This document shows positions 33,684 through 44,982 of a stretch of DNA of 64,000 nt, in pieces; positions within the stretch are counted from its first letter, which is position 1; every line of letters begins with the position of its first letter. The stretch is taken from contig JBALDB010000056.1 in NCBI GenBank assembly GCA_036918135.1, forward strand, positions 352,001 to 416,000, in the 5' to 3' direction. The notes under the pieces were generated by a model, which made no database searches, was not told the origin of the DNA, and saw only the letters and a program-made list of their open reading frames with translations. This DNA is from Nostoc sp. (lineage in GTDB: Bacteria > Cyanobacteriota > Cyanobacteriia > Cyanobacteriales > Nostocaceae). The translations under genes and the position numbers were made by a program.

Positions 33684-33708
33684 ATCATACTAGACAGTCT
33701 AGTATGAT
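33684..33708. promoter_or_regulatory. Probable TetR operator (12-1-12 inverted repeat)
   Basis: atcatactagac-a-gtctagtatgat lies between the divergent tetR and hlyD genes. A second inverted repeat, gatgacaaa-tatt-tttgtcatc, follows at 33706-33727. Confidence 0.75.
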
Positions 33709-33739
33709 GACAAATATTTTTGTCATCCAGGGTACTAGT

Positions 33740-35134
33740 ATGACTCACACTGTCCCCACATCCCCGGAAAATTTTAAAGATACCCCAGTATCAAAGCCAC
33801 AGCAGCGAAAGAAACTGATTCCTTTAGCGATCGGAGGATTGCTAGTGGTGGGTGGTATTGGTTACGCTGTGTGGCACAGTCAACCGCATACTTCAATGAA
33901 TATAGTTAAAGTGAGCGGTCGGATTGAGGGTTACGAAACCGACATTGGGGTAAAGCGTTCTGGAAGAATTGAGTCAATTGCTGTACGGGAAGGGGCAGCA
34001 GTCAAGAAGGGACAAGAGTTAATTAAGTTAGACAACACAGACGACCTATTGCTACAAGAACAATTGCGTGGTGCCCAAGCCAGAATCACATCTGCGATGT
34101 ATGATGAACAGCAGGCAATTTCTGATGTGGAACGAGTCACCAGAGAAATTCAAGAAATTAACAGCCAAATTAACGAAGCCCAACTGAATTTACAGCAGTC
34201 CCAAGGGGATACCACAGGCAGGATTGAGCAGGCAAAGTCAAATGTAGCAGCAGCCAGAGCCACATTAGTGCAAGCACAAGCCCAAGTTAAACAGGCAACA
34301 GCAGAAGTTAATTTAGCAAAAATCAACCGCGATCGCTATGCTCAATTAGTCAAAGAAGGGGCAGTCAATCAACAACAATTCGACCAAGCACAAACTACTC
34401 TTGATACGGCAATTGCTACTTTAGAAGCGCGAGTTGCAGCAGTTAATGCCGAACGTCAACAGTTAAGTGCTGTCTCAGGGGCGTTAACTCAAGCTAAAAC
34501 CACAGGTTTTAATCCTAATATTCGCAACGCCCAGTTAACAGCATTAATCAGAAAGCAGCAGCAAAGTTATGCTCAATTGAAATCTGCTCAGGCAAAGGTT
34601 AAATCTGCTAATGCCAAAGTCAAAGATGCCCAAGCATCAAAGCAGCAAATCGTCACTCAGATTGCAGACTCCAAAAAAGATTTAAATGTAGTTAGTCCGT
34701 TAGACGGAGTAGTGACTACTCGTAGTGTCGAACCGGGTGCAGTAGTTGGTAGTCAAACTAATATTTTGAGTATTGTTGACCCGAAAACAGTCTATTTTAG
34801 AGGTTTTATTCCTGAAGGCGACATTGGTAAAGTGCGCCTGGGACAAACAACACAAGTCTTCATTGATTCTGCACCAGATAAACCACTACAAGGTAAAGTA
34901 ATTGCCATAGACCCCCAAGCTTCATTTACACCAGAGAATATTTATTTTCAAAAAGATAGAGTCAGACAAGTAGTAGGAATTCGGATTAAAATTCAAAATC
35001 CTGATGGTTGCTTTAATCCCGAAAATCCCTATACTGGCTCAGACTTTCCCTGCGCGAAAATGGGAATGCCAGCAGATGCCGAAATCAGTTTGAAGGCAAG
35101 GGAGGCAAGGGAAGCAGAGGGGCAGAGGAGATAG
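33740..35134 (+). CDS. HlyD family efflux periplasmic adaptor (YbhG-like)
   Basis: N-terminal TM, VSGRIEG, long coiled coil, SPLDGVV and ASFTPEN. Confidence 0.9.
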   Translation: MTHTVPTSPENFKDTPVSKPQQRKKLIPLAIGGLLVVGGIGYAVWHSQPHTSMNIVKVSGRIEGYETDIGVKRSGRIESIAVREGAAVKKGQELIKLDNTDDLLLQEQLRGAQARITSAMYDEQQAISDVERVTREIQEINSQINEAQLNLQQSQGDTTGRIEQAKSNVAAARATLVQAQAQVKQATAEVNLAKINRDRYAQLVKEGAVNQQQFDQAQTTLDTAIATLEARVAAVNAERQQLSAVSGALTQAKTTGFNPNIRNAQLTALIRKQQQSYAQLKSAQAKVKSANAKVKDAQASKQQIVTQIADSKKDLNVVSPLDGVVTTRSVEPGAVVGSQTNILSIVDPKTVYFRGFIPEGDIGKVRLGQTTQVFIDSAPDKPLQGKVIAIDPQASFTPENIYFQKDRVRQVVGIRIKIQNPDGCFNPENPYTGSDFPCAKMGMPADAEISLKAREAREAEGQRR

Positions 35135-35241
35135 GAGATAAAAACTAACAACTGACTCAGCATTTTCGAGTTATCTAATTACTGGAAGATCCCATAAACT
35201 TACACCCCTGTACCCATTTTCAAGCTAGGAGACTAAAGGGA

Positions 35242-37248
35242 ATGAAACAGCAAATTACTACTGTCTCTGTAAACTTACCGCAATCATCTAGTCTGCCAAA
35301 TACAGCAATTCAAGTTCAGGGTTTGCACAAGCACTATGGAAAGTTAGCTGCGGTGCGAGGAATTGATTTCACTGTCAACAAAGGTGAAATGTTTGGCTTA
35401 ATTGGCCCCGATGGTGCGGGGAAAACTAGCACCTTTCACATTTTGGGTGGTGTGATGGAAGCAACGGCAGGGGAGGTGCAAATATTTAATCAACCTGCAC
35501 GAAATGCGCGATTAATAACTGGTTATCTTACTCAACAGTTTTCGCTGTATCTAGATTTGAGTATTGATGAAAACTTGCGTTATGCAGCAGGGTTACGGCA
35601 AGTAGCAGCTGATTTGTTGCAAAAACGCCGCAATAAATATTTAAAATTAATGAATCTAGAGCGATTTGGCGATCGCTTAGCCGGACAACTTTCTGGGGGA
35701 ATGAAACAAAAGTTGGCGCTGTGTTGTGCTTTGGTTTCCCAACCAGAAGTATTGTTATTAGATGAACCTACCACAGGTGTAGACCCGGTTTCTCGGCGGG
35801 AATTTTGGGACGTGCTAGCCCAACTGTCAGCCGAGGGGATGACAATTGTCGTCGCCACACCATACTTAGACGAAGCCGAACGCTGTCACCGCGTAGCTTT
35901 AATGTACAGCGGGCAAATTCATGAAATTGGCACACCTGCTGATTTACGGGCTAACTTGGGCTTGCATCGCTTAGAAGTGCGAACAGCAAACCTAGAAGCC
36001 ACAGAAGAAATACTTTCCCAGACTGCACAAACAAATATAGTAGATGTACAAACTTTTGGCGATCGCTTGGATGTCTTGGTTAAAGATATCAATTCCGGTG
36101 AAACCGAAGTCCGGGAATTACTGCAACAACATCACTTACCTTCTCCTAGTATTGAACGTGGCGAACCCACATTAGAAAACGTCTTTGTAACGCGTCTGCG
36201 ACAACAGGGTTCCGCACCGCAATTTTTTCCATTTCCTCGTTTTCGTCAGAGGGGAGTAAGGAGTGGGGGAGCAGGGGAGCAGGGGAGCAGGGGAGCAGGG
36301 GGAATATTTAATACTCAGGACTCAGCACTAGCGATATATGCTCACAACCTTAGCCGTATTTTTGGTAAGTTTCAAGCTGTCAAAGATGTCAACGTTGAGG
36401 TGCGCTACGGCGAAATCTTTGGGTTGTTAGGTGCTAACGGTGCTGGCAAAACTACGACAATCAAAATGCTGTGCGGGTTGTTAGAAGCCAGCGGCGGCGA
36501 AATTTCTTTGGGTGGTGAAACTGGAAATTTGCGTAGTGCAGACTTACGGCGACGCATAGGTTACATGAGTCAAAAATTCACCCTCTATGACGATTTAACT
36601 ATCTTACAAAATCTAGAATTTTATAGCGGAGTTTACGGCGTACCCCGCAAACTCCGGCGAGAAAAAATTGCTTGGGTAATCGCTACCTGTGGTTTAGAAG
36701 GGCAAGAAAATATGATTACTGGCCAATTACCGGGAGGTTGGAAGCAACGAGTAGCTTTCGGTGCTTCTGTGATGCACGAACCAGATATTTTATTTTTGGA
36801 CGAACCAACATCAGGGGTAGATCCTTTAGCGCGTCGCCAGTTTTGGAAGCTAATTAATGACTTTGCCCGCAACGGTACAGCGATTTTAGTGACAACACAC
36901 TATTTAGAAGAAGCTGAACAGTGCAATCGCATGAGTTTTATGGTTGCAGGGGAAACCGTCGCCGAAGGTTCACCCAGTTCTATCAAAGCCTCGCAACCAG
37001 GACAATTAATAGAAATCATTGTTAATCAAAATCAAGCTGCTTCCAAGTTACTCAAAGAACACTTTGAATCGTGGCGCGTCTCGATTTTTGCTGACAGTTT
37101 ACACGTTGTTCTCGATAATCCCGAACCAGAAATAAATCAATTAACTCAACTGTTAAAAGCTAATCAAATTACTATCAATTCTCTACGTCGGATTCCTTTT
37201 TCTTTAGAAGATGCTTTTATTGGTATAGTACAGCGATCGCAAAATTAA
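35242..37248 (+). CDS. ABC transporter with two ATPase domains (YbhF-like)
   Basis: Two Walker A motifs (GPDGAGKT, GANGAGKT) and two LDEPT motifs. Confidence 0.92.
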   Translation: MKQQITTVSVNLPQSSSLPNTAIQVQGLHKHYGKLAAVRGIDFTVNKGEMFGLIGPDGAGKTSTFHILGGVMEATAGEVQIFNQPARNARLITGYLTQQFSLYLDLSIDENLRYAAGLRQVAADLLQKRRNKYLKLMNLERFGDRLAGQLSGGMKQKLALCCALVSQPEVLLLDEPTTGVDPVSRREFWDVLAQLSAEGMTIVVATPYLDEAERCHRVALMYSGQIHEIGTPADLRANLGLHRLEVRTANLEATEEILSQTAQTNIVDVQTFGDRLDVLVKDINSGETEVRELLQQHHLPSPSIERGEPTLENVFVTRLRQQGSAPQFFPFPRFRQRGVRSGGAGEQGSRGAGGIFNTQDSALAIYAHNLSRIFGKFQAVKDVNVEVRYGEIFGLLGANGAGKTTTIKMLCGLLEASGGEISLGGETGNLRSADLRRRIGYMSQKFTLYDDLTILQNLEFYSGVYGVPRKLRREKIAWVIATCGLEGQENMITGQLPGGWKQRVAFGASVMHEPDILFLDEPTSGVDPLARRQFWKLINDFARNGTAILVTTHYLEEAEQCNRMSFMVAGETVAEGSPSSIKASQPGQLIEIIVNQNQAASKLLKEHFESWRVSIFADSLHVVLDNPEPEINQLTQLLKANQITINSLRRIPFSLEDAFIGIVQRSQN

Positions 37249-37302
37249 AAGACGTACAAAAAAAGCTTCCATATCCACAATTCCTAATCCCCAGTTCCTA
37301 AA

Positions 37303-38406
37303 ATGAGAATTATTGCTCAATGTGTGAAAGAAATAGCCCAATTTCGCCGCGATCGCCTGACGTTAGCGTTAGCATTTTTATTGCCATTTATCACTTTAAT
37401 AATTTTTGGCTTTGCTATTAGGTTAGAGAGCAAAGATATACCTTTAATTGTGCAAGATTTTAACCACACAAATCTCAGTGGGAGCTACATTGAAAGATTG
37501 TATGCTACTAATCAATTTGTGCCTAAACAATGGTCTGGTGGTAATCCAACACGCGATGCCATCGATAAGGGAATTGCTAAAGCTGCAGTAATTATTCCAC
37601 CTACATTTAGCCGCGATATTCAAGCGGGTAGAAGTACAACCTTGCAAGTATTAATTGATGCAACCGATGTGAACAATGCGCGGGTAATTAGAAATAGTAT
37701 TCAAAGAGTAACAAACTTTTTTCTGCAAGAGCATGGATTCATACCCGCTACTAGTAGTATTACAGCACGAATGCGTTTATGGTTTAATCCTGGGAGATTA
37801 GAATCACTGTATATTGTGCCAGGAACATATGGGGTTGTCCTGTGGATTTTTCCTTCATTATTGTCGGCGATCGCAATGGTAAAAGAAAAAGAAAAAGGTA
37901 CTATTTTACAAGTTTACGCTTCTAGTATTAGCGCCAGTGAATTATTACTAGGTAAAGGATTAGCATACCTATTAATTGCCATTGCTGAGGCATTATTAGT
38001 TATGGGCTTAGGCTCAATTATTTTCCAAGTTGGTATAGTTGGCAACCCGATAATATTACTACTTGGCACTTTATTATTCCTCACAGATAGCGTTCTCTTT
38101 GGTTTACTTTTAGGAGTTCGTAGTAGTAACCAAAATGCAGCAGTGCAAGGTGTTTCTCTCGTAGGTTTTATTACATCTATATTACTATCAGGTTTTATTT
38201 ATCCCCTCAATAATATTCCTTTCCCCCTATCATTATTCCCTAACGTAATTCCAGCCCGTTATTATATTGATATTACCCGTGATGCCTTTGTGCGTGGTAC
38301 GGGATTTACAGGAGTTTGGTTTGATTTACTTATGCTGATAGCCTTAGGATTAGTATTTTTCAACGTATCGCGCCGAGTTTTAAGTCGAATGCAATTGTCT
38401 AGTTAA
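37303..38406 (+). CDS. ABC permease (YbhS-like)
   Basis: RLWFNP and KEKEKGT motifs with the expected TM pattern. Confidence 0.88.
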   Translation: MRIIAQCVKEIAQFRRDRLTLALAFLLPFITLIIFGFAIRLESKDIPLIVQDFNHTNLSGSYIERLYATNQFVPKQWSGGNPTRDAIDKGIAKAAVIIPPTFSRDIQAGRSTTLQVLIDATDVNNARVIRNSIQRVTNFFLQEHGFIPATSSITARMRLWFNPGRLESLYIVPGTYGVVLWIFPSLLSAIAMVKEKEKGTILQVYASSISASELLLGKGLAYLLIAIAEALLVMGLGSIIFQVGIVGNPIILLLGTLLFLTDSVLFGLLLGVRSSNQNAAVQGVSLVGFITSILLSGFIYPLNNIPFPLSLFPNVIPARYYIDITRDAFVRGTGFTGVWFDLLMLIALGLVFFNVSRRVLSRMQLSS

Positions 38407-38448
38407 AATAATTCATAATTATTTATTTTACCTGAATAATCTACATTT

Positions 38449-39570
38449 ATGAAACTAATTCAGCGATTATTTAATAGTCCCTTTTGGGCATTAGTACGCA
38501 AAGAAATTAATCAAATTCTCAGAAATAAGCAATTGATTGTTTTGCTAGTTGTTCCACCAACAGTACAACTATTACTTTACGGATTTATTCTCAATCCTGA
38601 CGTTCATAACTTACGATTAGGTGTCATCGACTATGCCAATGTCAGCAGCAGTCGTGAGTTAGTTTCAGCCATGACATCAAATCGAATTTTCACATTAGAA
38701 TCTGTACCAGACAGCGAAAAACGATTAAGTCGTCAAGTCGAAGAAGGCAAGCTAGATGTGGGAGTGATAATCCCCCCTGATTTTCCCCGTCAACTCGTAC
38801 AAAAATCAGCAGAGATTCAAGTATTTATCGATGCAGTAAATGCAAATACAGCGGGGATTGCAGCAAATTATATGAATCAAATTATTCAACAATATAATCT
38901 GCAATTAATCCAAGCTCAAGCAAGTCCTTTAATTTCAACAGAAGTTGTATTTCTTTATAATCCTGGATTGACGAGTAGTTGGTTTTTTGTCCCAGGGGTT
39001 ATGGGTTTAGTTTTAACATTAATTGGCACATTAGTATCAGCCATTACTGTGGTTCGGGAAAAAGATACAGGAACTTTAGAACAATTATTAATGACTCCGG
39101 CTGCTAACTGGCAAATACTGCTGTCGAAAATTGTACCTTTGGCATTTTTATTAATGGGAGATGTTTTACTAGCTATCACTTTAGCAACAATAGTATTTCA
39201 TGTACCATTTCGAGGTAGTTTTCTCCTATTTTTTGGCTTATCCAGTATGTATTTGTTTGTCGGAATTAGCTTGGGTATTATGTTGGCAACTGTGAGTAGT
39301 TCTCAACAACAGGTAGTACTGACAGCTTTCTTTATTAATTTACCAATGGTACAAACATCTGGGGCGATCGCACCAATTGAAGCCATGCCTCCCTTATTTC
39401 AAGTCCTATCCCTACTCAATCCCCTCCGCCATTATATTGCGATCGTTCGAGGTATTTTACTCAAAGGCGTTGGCTTAGATGTATTGTGGATGAATGTTTT
39501 GGCATTAGTTGCTTTTGCTGTTGTACTATTAACTATTAGTATTAATAAGTTTCGCAGTCAGTTAAGCTAA
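38449..39570 (+). CDS. ABC permease (YbhR-like)
   Basis: FLYNPGL, VREKDTGTLEQL and NPLRHY motifs. Confidence 0.88.
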   Translation: MKLIQRLFNSPFWALVRKEINQILRNKQLIVLLVVPPTVQLLLYGFILNPDVHNLRLGVIDYANVSSSRELVSAMTSNRIFTLESVPDSEKRLSRQVEEGKLDVGVIIPPDFPRQLVQKSAEIQVFIDAVNANTAGIAANYMNQIIQQYNLQLIQAQASPLISTEVVFLYNPGLTSSWFFVPGVMGLVLTLIGTLVSAITVVREKDTGTLEQLLMTPAANWQILLSKIVPLAFLLMGDVLLAITLATIVFHVPFRGSFLLFFGLSSMYLFVGISLGIMLATVSSSQQQVVLTAFFINLPMVQTSGAIAPIEAMPPLFQVLSLLNPLRHYIAIVRGILLKGVGLDVLWMNVLALVAFAVVLLTISINKFRSQLS

Positions 39571-39667
39571 ATTTTTATAAAAGTATTTTACTAATAAAAT
39601 AAAACTATCAATTGGTAATAAAATCGCTCGTAATTGTGATTTTTAAGAGCCTGTGAGGTCTAAAACC

Positions 39668-41020
39668 ATGACTCATGCTTGCTGTGGCCCTGGCTACGCT
39701 TCTCCAGAAGCAGCCGTTGAGGCTGAAAGAGAAAAGGTACTTTATGCGATCGCCCTCTATACTGGTACTGGTATCGAAGAACCAGATTATCTTGCCACTG
39801 TAGACGTTGACCCCAATTCGCCAACTTATTCTCAAGTGATTCATCGTCTAGCTATGCCTTACATTGGCGATGAGTTACATCACTTTGGTTGGAATGCTTG
39901 TAGTTCTTGTCATGGTGATGCTAGTAAATCCCGCAGATTTAACGTCATACCTGGGCAACGTTCTAGCCGCATCTATATTGTTGATACAGCAGATACCAAA
40001 GCGCCGAAACTGCATAAAGTCATTGAACCACAAGAAATTCAAGCAAAAACTAATTTGACTGCTCCGCACACAGTACACTGCCTAGCAGATGGTCATGTGA
40101 TGATTTCCATGTTGGGCGACAGTCAGGGAAATGGCCCTGGTGGCTTTTTGTTACTGGATGAAAATTTTGATATTGCTGGACGTTGGGAGAGACAAGCTGA
40201 TGCGATGCGGTTTAACTATGACTTTTGGTATCAGCCGCGTCATAATGTCATGGTAAGTAGTGAATGGGCTGCACCCAAAACCTATTATCCTGGTTTTGAC
40301 CTCAACGATGTAGCAGCCGACAACTATGGTCATCACATACATTTTTGGAATTGGTCAACACGGGAAATTATCCAAAGTTTTGACTTAGGAGATGAAGGAT
40401 TAATTCCCTTAGAACTGCGCTTTCACCATAACCCCGACAGCACTCATGGGTTTGTCGCCGCCGCACTCAGCAGTAATGTTTGGCATTGGCACAAACCTAA
40501 CGGTCATTGGGAAATAGAGAAAGTGATTGATATACCGTCAGTAGAAGTAGAAGGCTGGCCGATACCAGTGCCATCATTGATTACTGATATTTTGATTTCA
40601 ATGTGCGATCGCTATATTTACTTTTCCAACTGGTTGCATGGAGATATCCGCCAATATGATATCAGTGACCCAGCCCATCCTCAACTTACCGGTCAAGTTT
40701 GGTGCGGTGGTTTGTTAGGTAACAGTGGTGAAGTTCAAGGTCATAAATTGGCTGGCGGCCCGCAAATGATACAGCTGAGTTTGGATGGCAAACGGCTTTA
40801 TGTGACAAATTCCTTATTTAGCACTTGGGATAATCAGTTTTATCCTGATTTATCTAAGACCGGCTCATATTTATTACAGATTGACTGCGACACTGAAAAT
40901 GGTGGACTAAAAATCAACGAAGACTTCTACGTTGACTTTGGTAAAGAACCAGCAGGCCCTTCTCGCGCTCATGAGATGCGCTATCCTGGCGGTGATTGCA
41001 CTTCAGATATTTGGATTTAA
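39668..41020 (+). CDS. Selenium-binding protein SBP56 family (methanethiol oxidase-like)
   Basis: [42 protein letters not shown] and C-terminal [10 protein letters not shown]. Confidence 0.92.
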   Translation: MTHACCGPGYASPEAAVEAEREKVLYAIALYTGTGIEEPDYLATVDVDPNSPTYSQVIHRLAMPYIGDELHHFGWNACSSCHGDASKSRRFNVIPGQRSSRIYIVDTADTKAPKLHKVIEPQEIQAKTNLTAPHTVHCLADGHVMISMLGDSQGNGPGGFLLLDENFDIAGRWERQADAMRFNYDFWYQPRHNVMVSSEWAAPKTYYPGFDLNDVAADNYGHHIHFWNWSTREIIQSFDLGDEGLIPLELRFHHNPDSTHGFVAAALSSNVWHWHKPNGHWEIEKVIDIPSVEVEGWPIPVPSLITDILISMCDRYIYFSNWLHGDIRQYDISDPAHPQLTGQVWCGGLLGNSGEVQGHKLAGGPQMIQLSLDGKRLYVTNSLFSTWDNQFYPDLSKTGSYLLQIDCDTENGGLKINEDFYVDFGKEPAGPSRAHEMRYPGGDCTSDIWI

Positions 41021-41025
41021 TCTTA

Positions 41026-41106
41026 GTAGGGTGTGTTATCGCGCCAGCGTAACGCACCGTCAATGATGTTCGGTGCGTTAAGACGTGCGTCCATAACGCA
41101 CCCTAC
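41026..41106. repeat. GTAG-type REP doublet (REPIN-like)
   Basis: gtagggtgtgtta..taacgcacc ... ggtgcgtta..taacgcaccctac; a degraded relative lies at ~20400-20475. Confidence 0.7.
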
Positions 41107-41283
41107 AAAACTACTTGAAGAGTTGAAACCTAAGGCTTACGGGGAGGGGAAGTTTTGGCTTTAGGCAAAACTAAGGTGGGGTCAGGCGAATTGCGATCCT
41201 AAGTGAGTGAATTCAAAATCAAGTTTTGACAAAAGTTTTACGTTAAGTTGACACCAATGGCGAGACGGCCACCCCACAAGAAA

Positions 41284-41414
41284 TAAGTAGGTGGGTGGGA
41301 AAATTTATAGTTGAGATGAGGCAGGAGCCAAAAGGCAGGAGGCAGGAGGAAAGACGGTTTTAGCCTAGCTAATTTTTCTTCACATAGTTTAGTTTTATTG
41401 TACCGACTTACTTA
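41284..41414. mobile_element. MITE-like element
   Basis: taagtaggtggg ... ccgacttactta imperfect terminal inverted repeats with internal aggcagg heptamers. A related right half occurs at ~20280-20360. Confidence 0.5.
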
Positions 41415-41576
41415 ATTTAATATTCTTTTATTTGTCAATTTATATACAAATTTTTCCGTATCTAGACTCTATTTAGAAAACAGTATAGAAAATTTCCGTA
41501 TAATTCACCCTGATATCTCAGATTTTTCAGAATATCATCCTGTTGTCAGATACAGACTTTTTATGAATATCAACCT

Positions 41577-41711
41577 ATGGAAAAACGCCACAAGAAGTTT
41601 ATCGAACAGGTTCAGGATGTAATTCGCCTGAGAAATTATTCGTACAAGACTGAGAAAATCTCTATTCCAAAACCTGGTTATCAAGACGTTCGTAGTCTGC
41701 TTGATTTATAA
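41577..41711 (+). pseudogene. Integron-integrase-like remnant (N-terminus joined to the extreme C-terminus)
   Basis: MEKRHKKFIEQVQDVIRLRNYSYKTEK resembles the IntI N-terminal R..HYS..TE motif. The ending VRSLLDL resembles the IntI terminal V.SPLD. Confidence 0.65.
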
Positions 41712-41865
41712 AATATCTCTCAGCAGTGGGCGATTTGATGTTGTTCGCTACCGCTACTCGACTGAATCGATAAAGCCATTACCAAAAGAATAGACCTGAT
41801 AAAGCTCGATTTATAAGTATAGCTGTATAGACGGGCGATGACGCTTTTAACTCTTTTTTTGGATT

Positions 41866-44655
41866 ATGATATACAAACCCCGTCAACAAAAGCTGTTGAG
41901 ATGGATGGCATTGTTCCTAGTTGGAACATTTCTGCAATTTTGGTTCTACGTCCCGACACCAGTTTTATCTCAATCGAATAACTGTAGCAATATTACAGCC
42001 CCCCTCACACCTGAAGAACAAACTTATGCTCGTGCTGCTTGGCAGTATTTTGTGAAAAATTATCAGCCAGCAACGGGATTTACCAATTCTACTGGGGGTT
42101 ATCCTTCGGGTACGCTCTGGGATATGGGTAACTACCTGATGGCGTTGAATGCTGCACGATCGCTAAATCTCACCGACCAAACAGACTTTGATGCGCGCCT
42201 CAACAAGTTTTTAACGACTTTTAGCAGCCTGAAGTTATTTGAGGATGCTTTGCCCAATAAAGTCTATAATGCAGCCACGGCACAGATGGTTGATTATGGC
42301 AACAATCCCACTGAACGGGGTATTGGTTGGTCTGCTTTAGATATTGGTCGAATTCTAGCTGCATTTGATGTCATCCGCAGCTGTCATCCACAATATAATG
42401 ATTGGCTCAAAGGAATTGTAGCCAAGTGGCAGGTTGGGCGATCGCTCAAAGATGAACAACTTTTTGGCGCTACTGTTCTCCCTGACAGCAAAACATTACT
42501 GGTGCAAGAAGGACGACTCGGCTACGAAGAATATGGTGCCAGAGGTTATCAACTTTGGGGTTTTGCTGCACCAAAAGCTATTGCTTTAGAACCGTTTAAG
42601 CTAGTCGAAATTAATGGTGTGCAAATTCCCGTTGATACCCGTGATTTTAAAAGCACCAACGCTAATAATTATGTTGTTAGCGAGTCTTATATCCTTGATG
42701 GGATCGAATTTGGCTTGCAAGGTGAGTTAGCTGATTTTGCTGCGAGAGTTTTAGATGTGCAAAAACGGCGTTACGATACCACAGGTCAATTAACTGCGGT
42801 CACAGAAGACAATATCGACCAAGCACCTTATTTTCTCTACAATACTATCTACGCCAACGGTGCAAACTGGGCAACAATTACAGATACTAACCAGCCTTAT
42901 CCCCAGTTTCGCAGCATCAGCACCAAAGCAGCTTTTGGCTGGCGCTATCTTTTTCCAGATAATGCGTATGCTCAAAAAGTTTTTGATGTTGTCAAGGATC
43001 TCCGCAGTCCTGATGATAGTGGTTACTATGCTGGTCTTTATGAAGAATCCAAACAACCCAATAAAGCTTTGACAGGTAATACTAATGGGCTAATTTTGGA
43101 GATTTTATACTATAAAGCTAGGGGAAATCGCCCCTTAATTGCCTCTAGTTCTGTGAGTGTAGCTACTGCTAAGCCCAGTGAGAACGTAACACCCTCAAAT
43201 CAAGCAAATCCTGTTACAGTTCCTACCCCAACCCCTGCGGATACTTCTAAAATTACAGAAGTGGTTGTTGCACCGATTTCACCAGTAGATAGTCCGCAAC
43301 CATCGTCTAATCTCAAGTTAGAACGACCGTTGAGCGTTGTTGAACGGCGCTATGCAGAGGCAGCTTGGGGATACTTTCAAGCAAATTATCATTCTAAAAG
43401 TGGGCTGATTGACGATCGCAGCGATTTCAAGGGTGCAACTCTCTGGGGCTTAGGAGATTATCTGGCAGCACTCCATGCGGCGCGATCGCTCGATATAATT
43501 ACCCCCAAAGAATTTGAAGGGCGCACCCGTCATCTTTTAGCAGCCTTGACAAAATTACCTTTATTTGGTGAGGAATTGCCGAGTCGGGGTTACGATACCA
43601 GAACTCTACAATCAATAGATTACGGTGGAAATCCAGTCCCAAATGGAAATGGCTGGTCAGCTTTAGATTTAGGCAGAATACTGGCAGCGCTTTACAACTT
43701 AAAAACCTGTCATCCAGAATACACGGCTGCGGTAGATAAAATTGTGCTGGATTGGTCATACTTACGTGTGGTGCGCGAAGGTATTCTTTCTAGTGCTACT
43801 GTGAGTAAATCGCCAGATGGGCAATATATTACTCGCGTTAACCCTGAAACCCGCTTGGGTTATGAAGAATATGCGGCGCGTGCTTTTCAATTATGGGGGT
43901 TTAATGTTGAGCATTCTGCTGTTGGCGGTGAATATCAAACAGCCTCAGTAGAGGGAATACAAGTACCAATCCAACGCCGTCGCACAGATACGAACTCTCA
44001 AAACCAATACACAGTTAGCAATCCTTTCTTACTTTATGCTTTGGAATTTGGACTAGATCCACAAATGCGATCGCTCTTTGAGCCAATTTTCCAAGCGCAA
44101 GCCGAACGTTACCGTCGCACCGGCATCCTCACAGCCTCAGCTACAACCTTAATCGATCGCAAGCCTTACACTGTCCACAGCACAATTACTGGCAAAGGTG
44201 AATCCTGGGTAGCTTTAGGAGATAACGGTCAACCTCTACCAAAAGGGCGATTGGTAAGTACAGCAGTAGCTTTTGCTTATCATGCTTTGCTTCCAGAGAA
44301 CAAGTATAGTCAAGAGTTACTCCAAGGAACGACTGATTTATATAATCCATTGGCTGGATTTTATGAAGGCTTTTATGAAACTACAGGTAAAACGGCGATT
44401 GGTTTCACTAGCAGCACCAATAGTATGATTTTGCAATCCTTGCTATATACACTAATGAATCAACAACCCCTAATTCGTCCGACTATTACCATGAAGTCTC
44501 CTTGGTGGGTAGCAGTTAGTAAGGGAAATTCTGGGCGAGGTTTACCCAACACTTCAATCCAACGAATCAAGTTAATTTCTGATGGTTCTGGAAGTTACTG
44601 GGTTTCAAGTAGCAAAAATACTCCACTAGTAACTGACACAAAAGTTACACGATAA
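41866..44655 (+). CDS. Secreted protein with two DUF3131-like domains
   Basis: Signal peptide; two copies of AAW.YF..NY, TLW..G.YL, GWSALD.GR and RLGYEEY.AR separated by a Pro/Thr linker. Confidence 0.82.
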   Translation: MIYKPRQQKLLRWMALFLVGTFLQFWFYVPTPVLSQSNNCSNITAPLTPEEQTYARAAWQYFVKNYQPATGFTNSTGGYPSGTLWDMGNYLMALNAARSLNLTDQTDFDARLNKFLTTFSSLKLFEDALPNKVYNAATAQMVDYGNNPTERGIGWSALDIGRILAAFDVIRSCHPQYNDWLKGIVAKWQVGRSLKDEQLFGATVLPDSKTLLVQEGRLGYEEYGARGYQLWGFAAPKAIALEPFKLVEINGVQIPVDTRDFKSTNANNYVVSESYILDGIEFGLQGELADFAARVLDVQKRRYDTTGQLTAVTEDNIDQAPYFLYNTIYANGANWATITDTNQPYPQFRSISTKAAFGWRYLFPDNAYAQKVFDVVKDLRSPDDSGYYAGLYEESKQPNKALTGNTNGLILEILYYKARGNRPLIASSSVSVATAKPSENVTPSNQANPVTVPTPTPADTSKITEVVVAPISPVDSPQPSSNLKLERPLSVVERRYAEAAWGYFQANYHSKSGLIDDRSDFKGATLWGLGDYLAALHAARSLDIITPKEFEGRTRHLLAALTKLPLFGEELPSRGYDTRTLQSIDYGGNPVPNGNGWSALDLGRILAALYNLKTCHPEYTAAVDKIVLDWSYLRVVREGILSSATVSKSPDGQYITRVNPETRLGYEEYAARAFQLWGFNVEHSAVGGEYQTASVEGIQVPIQRRRTDTNSQNQYTVSNPFLLYALEFGLDPQMRSLFEPIFQAQAERYRRTGILTASATTLIDRKPYTVHSTITGKGESWVALGDNGQPLPKGRLVSTAVAFAYHALLPENKYSQELLQGTTDLYNPLAGFYEGFYETTGKTAIGFTSSTNSMILQSLLYTLMNQQPLIRPTITMKSPWWVAVSKGNSGRGLPNTSIQRIKLISDGSGSYWVSSSKNTPLVTDTKVTR

Positions 44656-44982
44656 GGGAACTCCAAGAAATAAATTATTCCGTTTGAAGTTGATGACTAA
44701 TGACTATGAACAGTGTTTCAGGCTTTGGTGTGTAAGTCCTGTATTTGTCAGTCCCTAAATTGAAAGGGAAATTACTGGAATTACAAAGGCGTATTTGTTA
44801 ATAAGCAGTTGTATTTGGGAATACTTGTAGATGAGTCAATACAGTCAGTAGTTTGTACAAGCAACAGACATTCTTGATTCATCTGCTCAAACCATCCAAA
44901 AGATATTTCAAGAGGCTGGTGTATATTCACGAGGCAATCCGTTGGCTGTTTATCCCCTGCGGAGTTGGCAAAGAAGATATAA

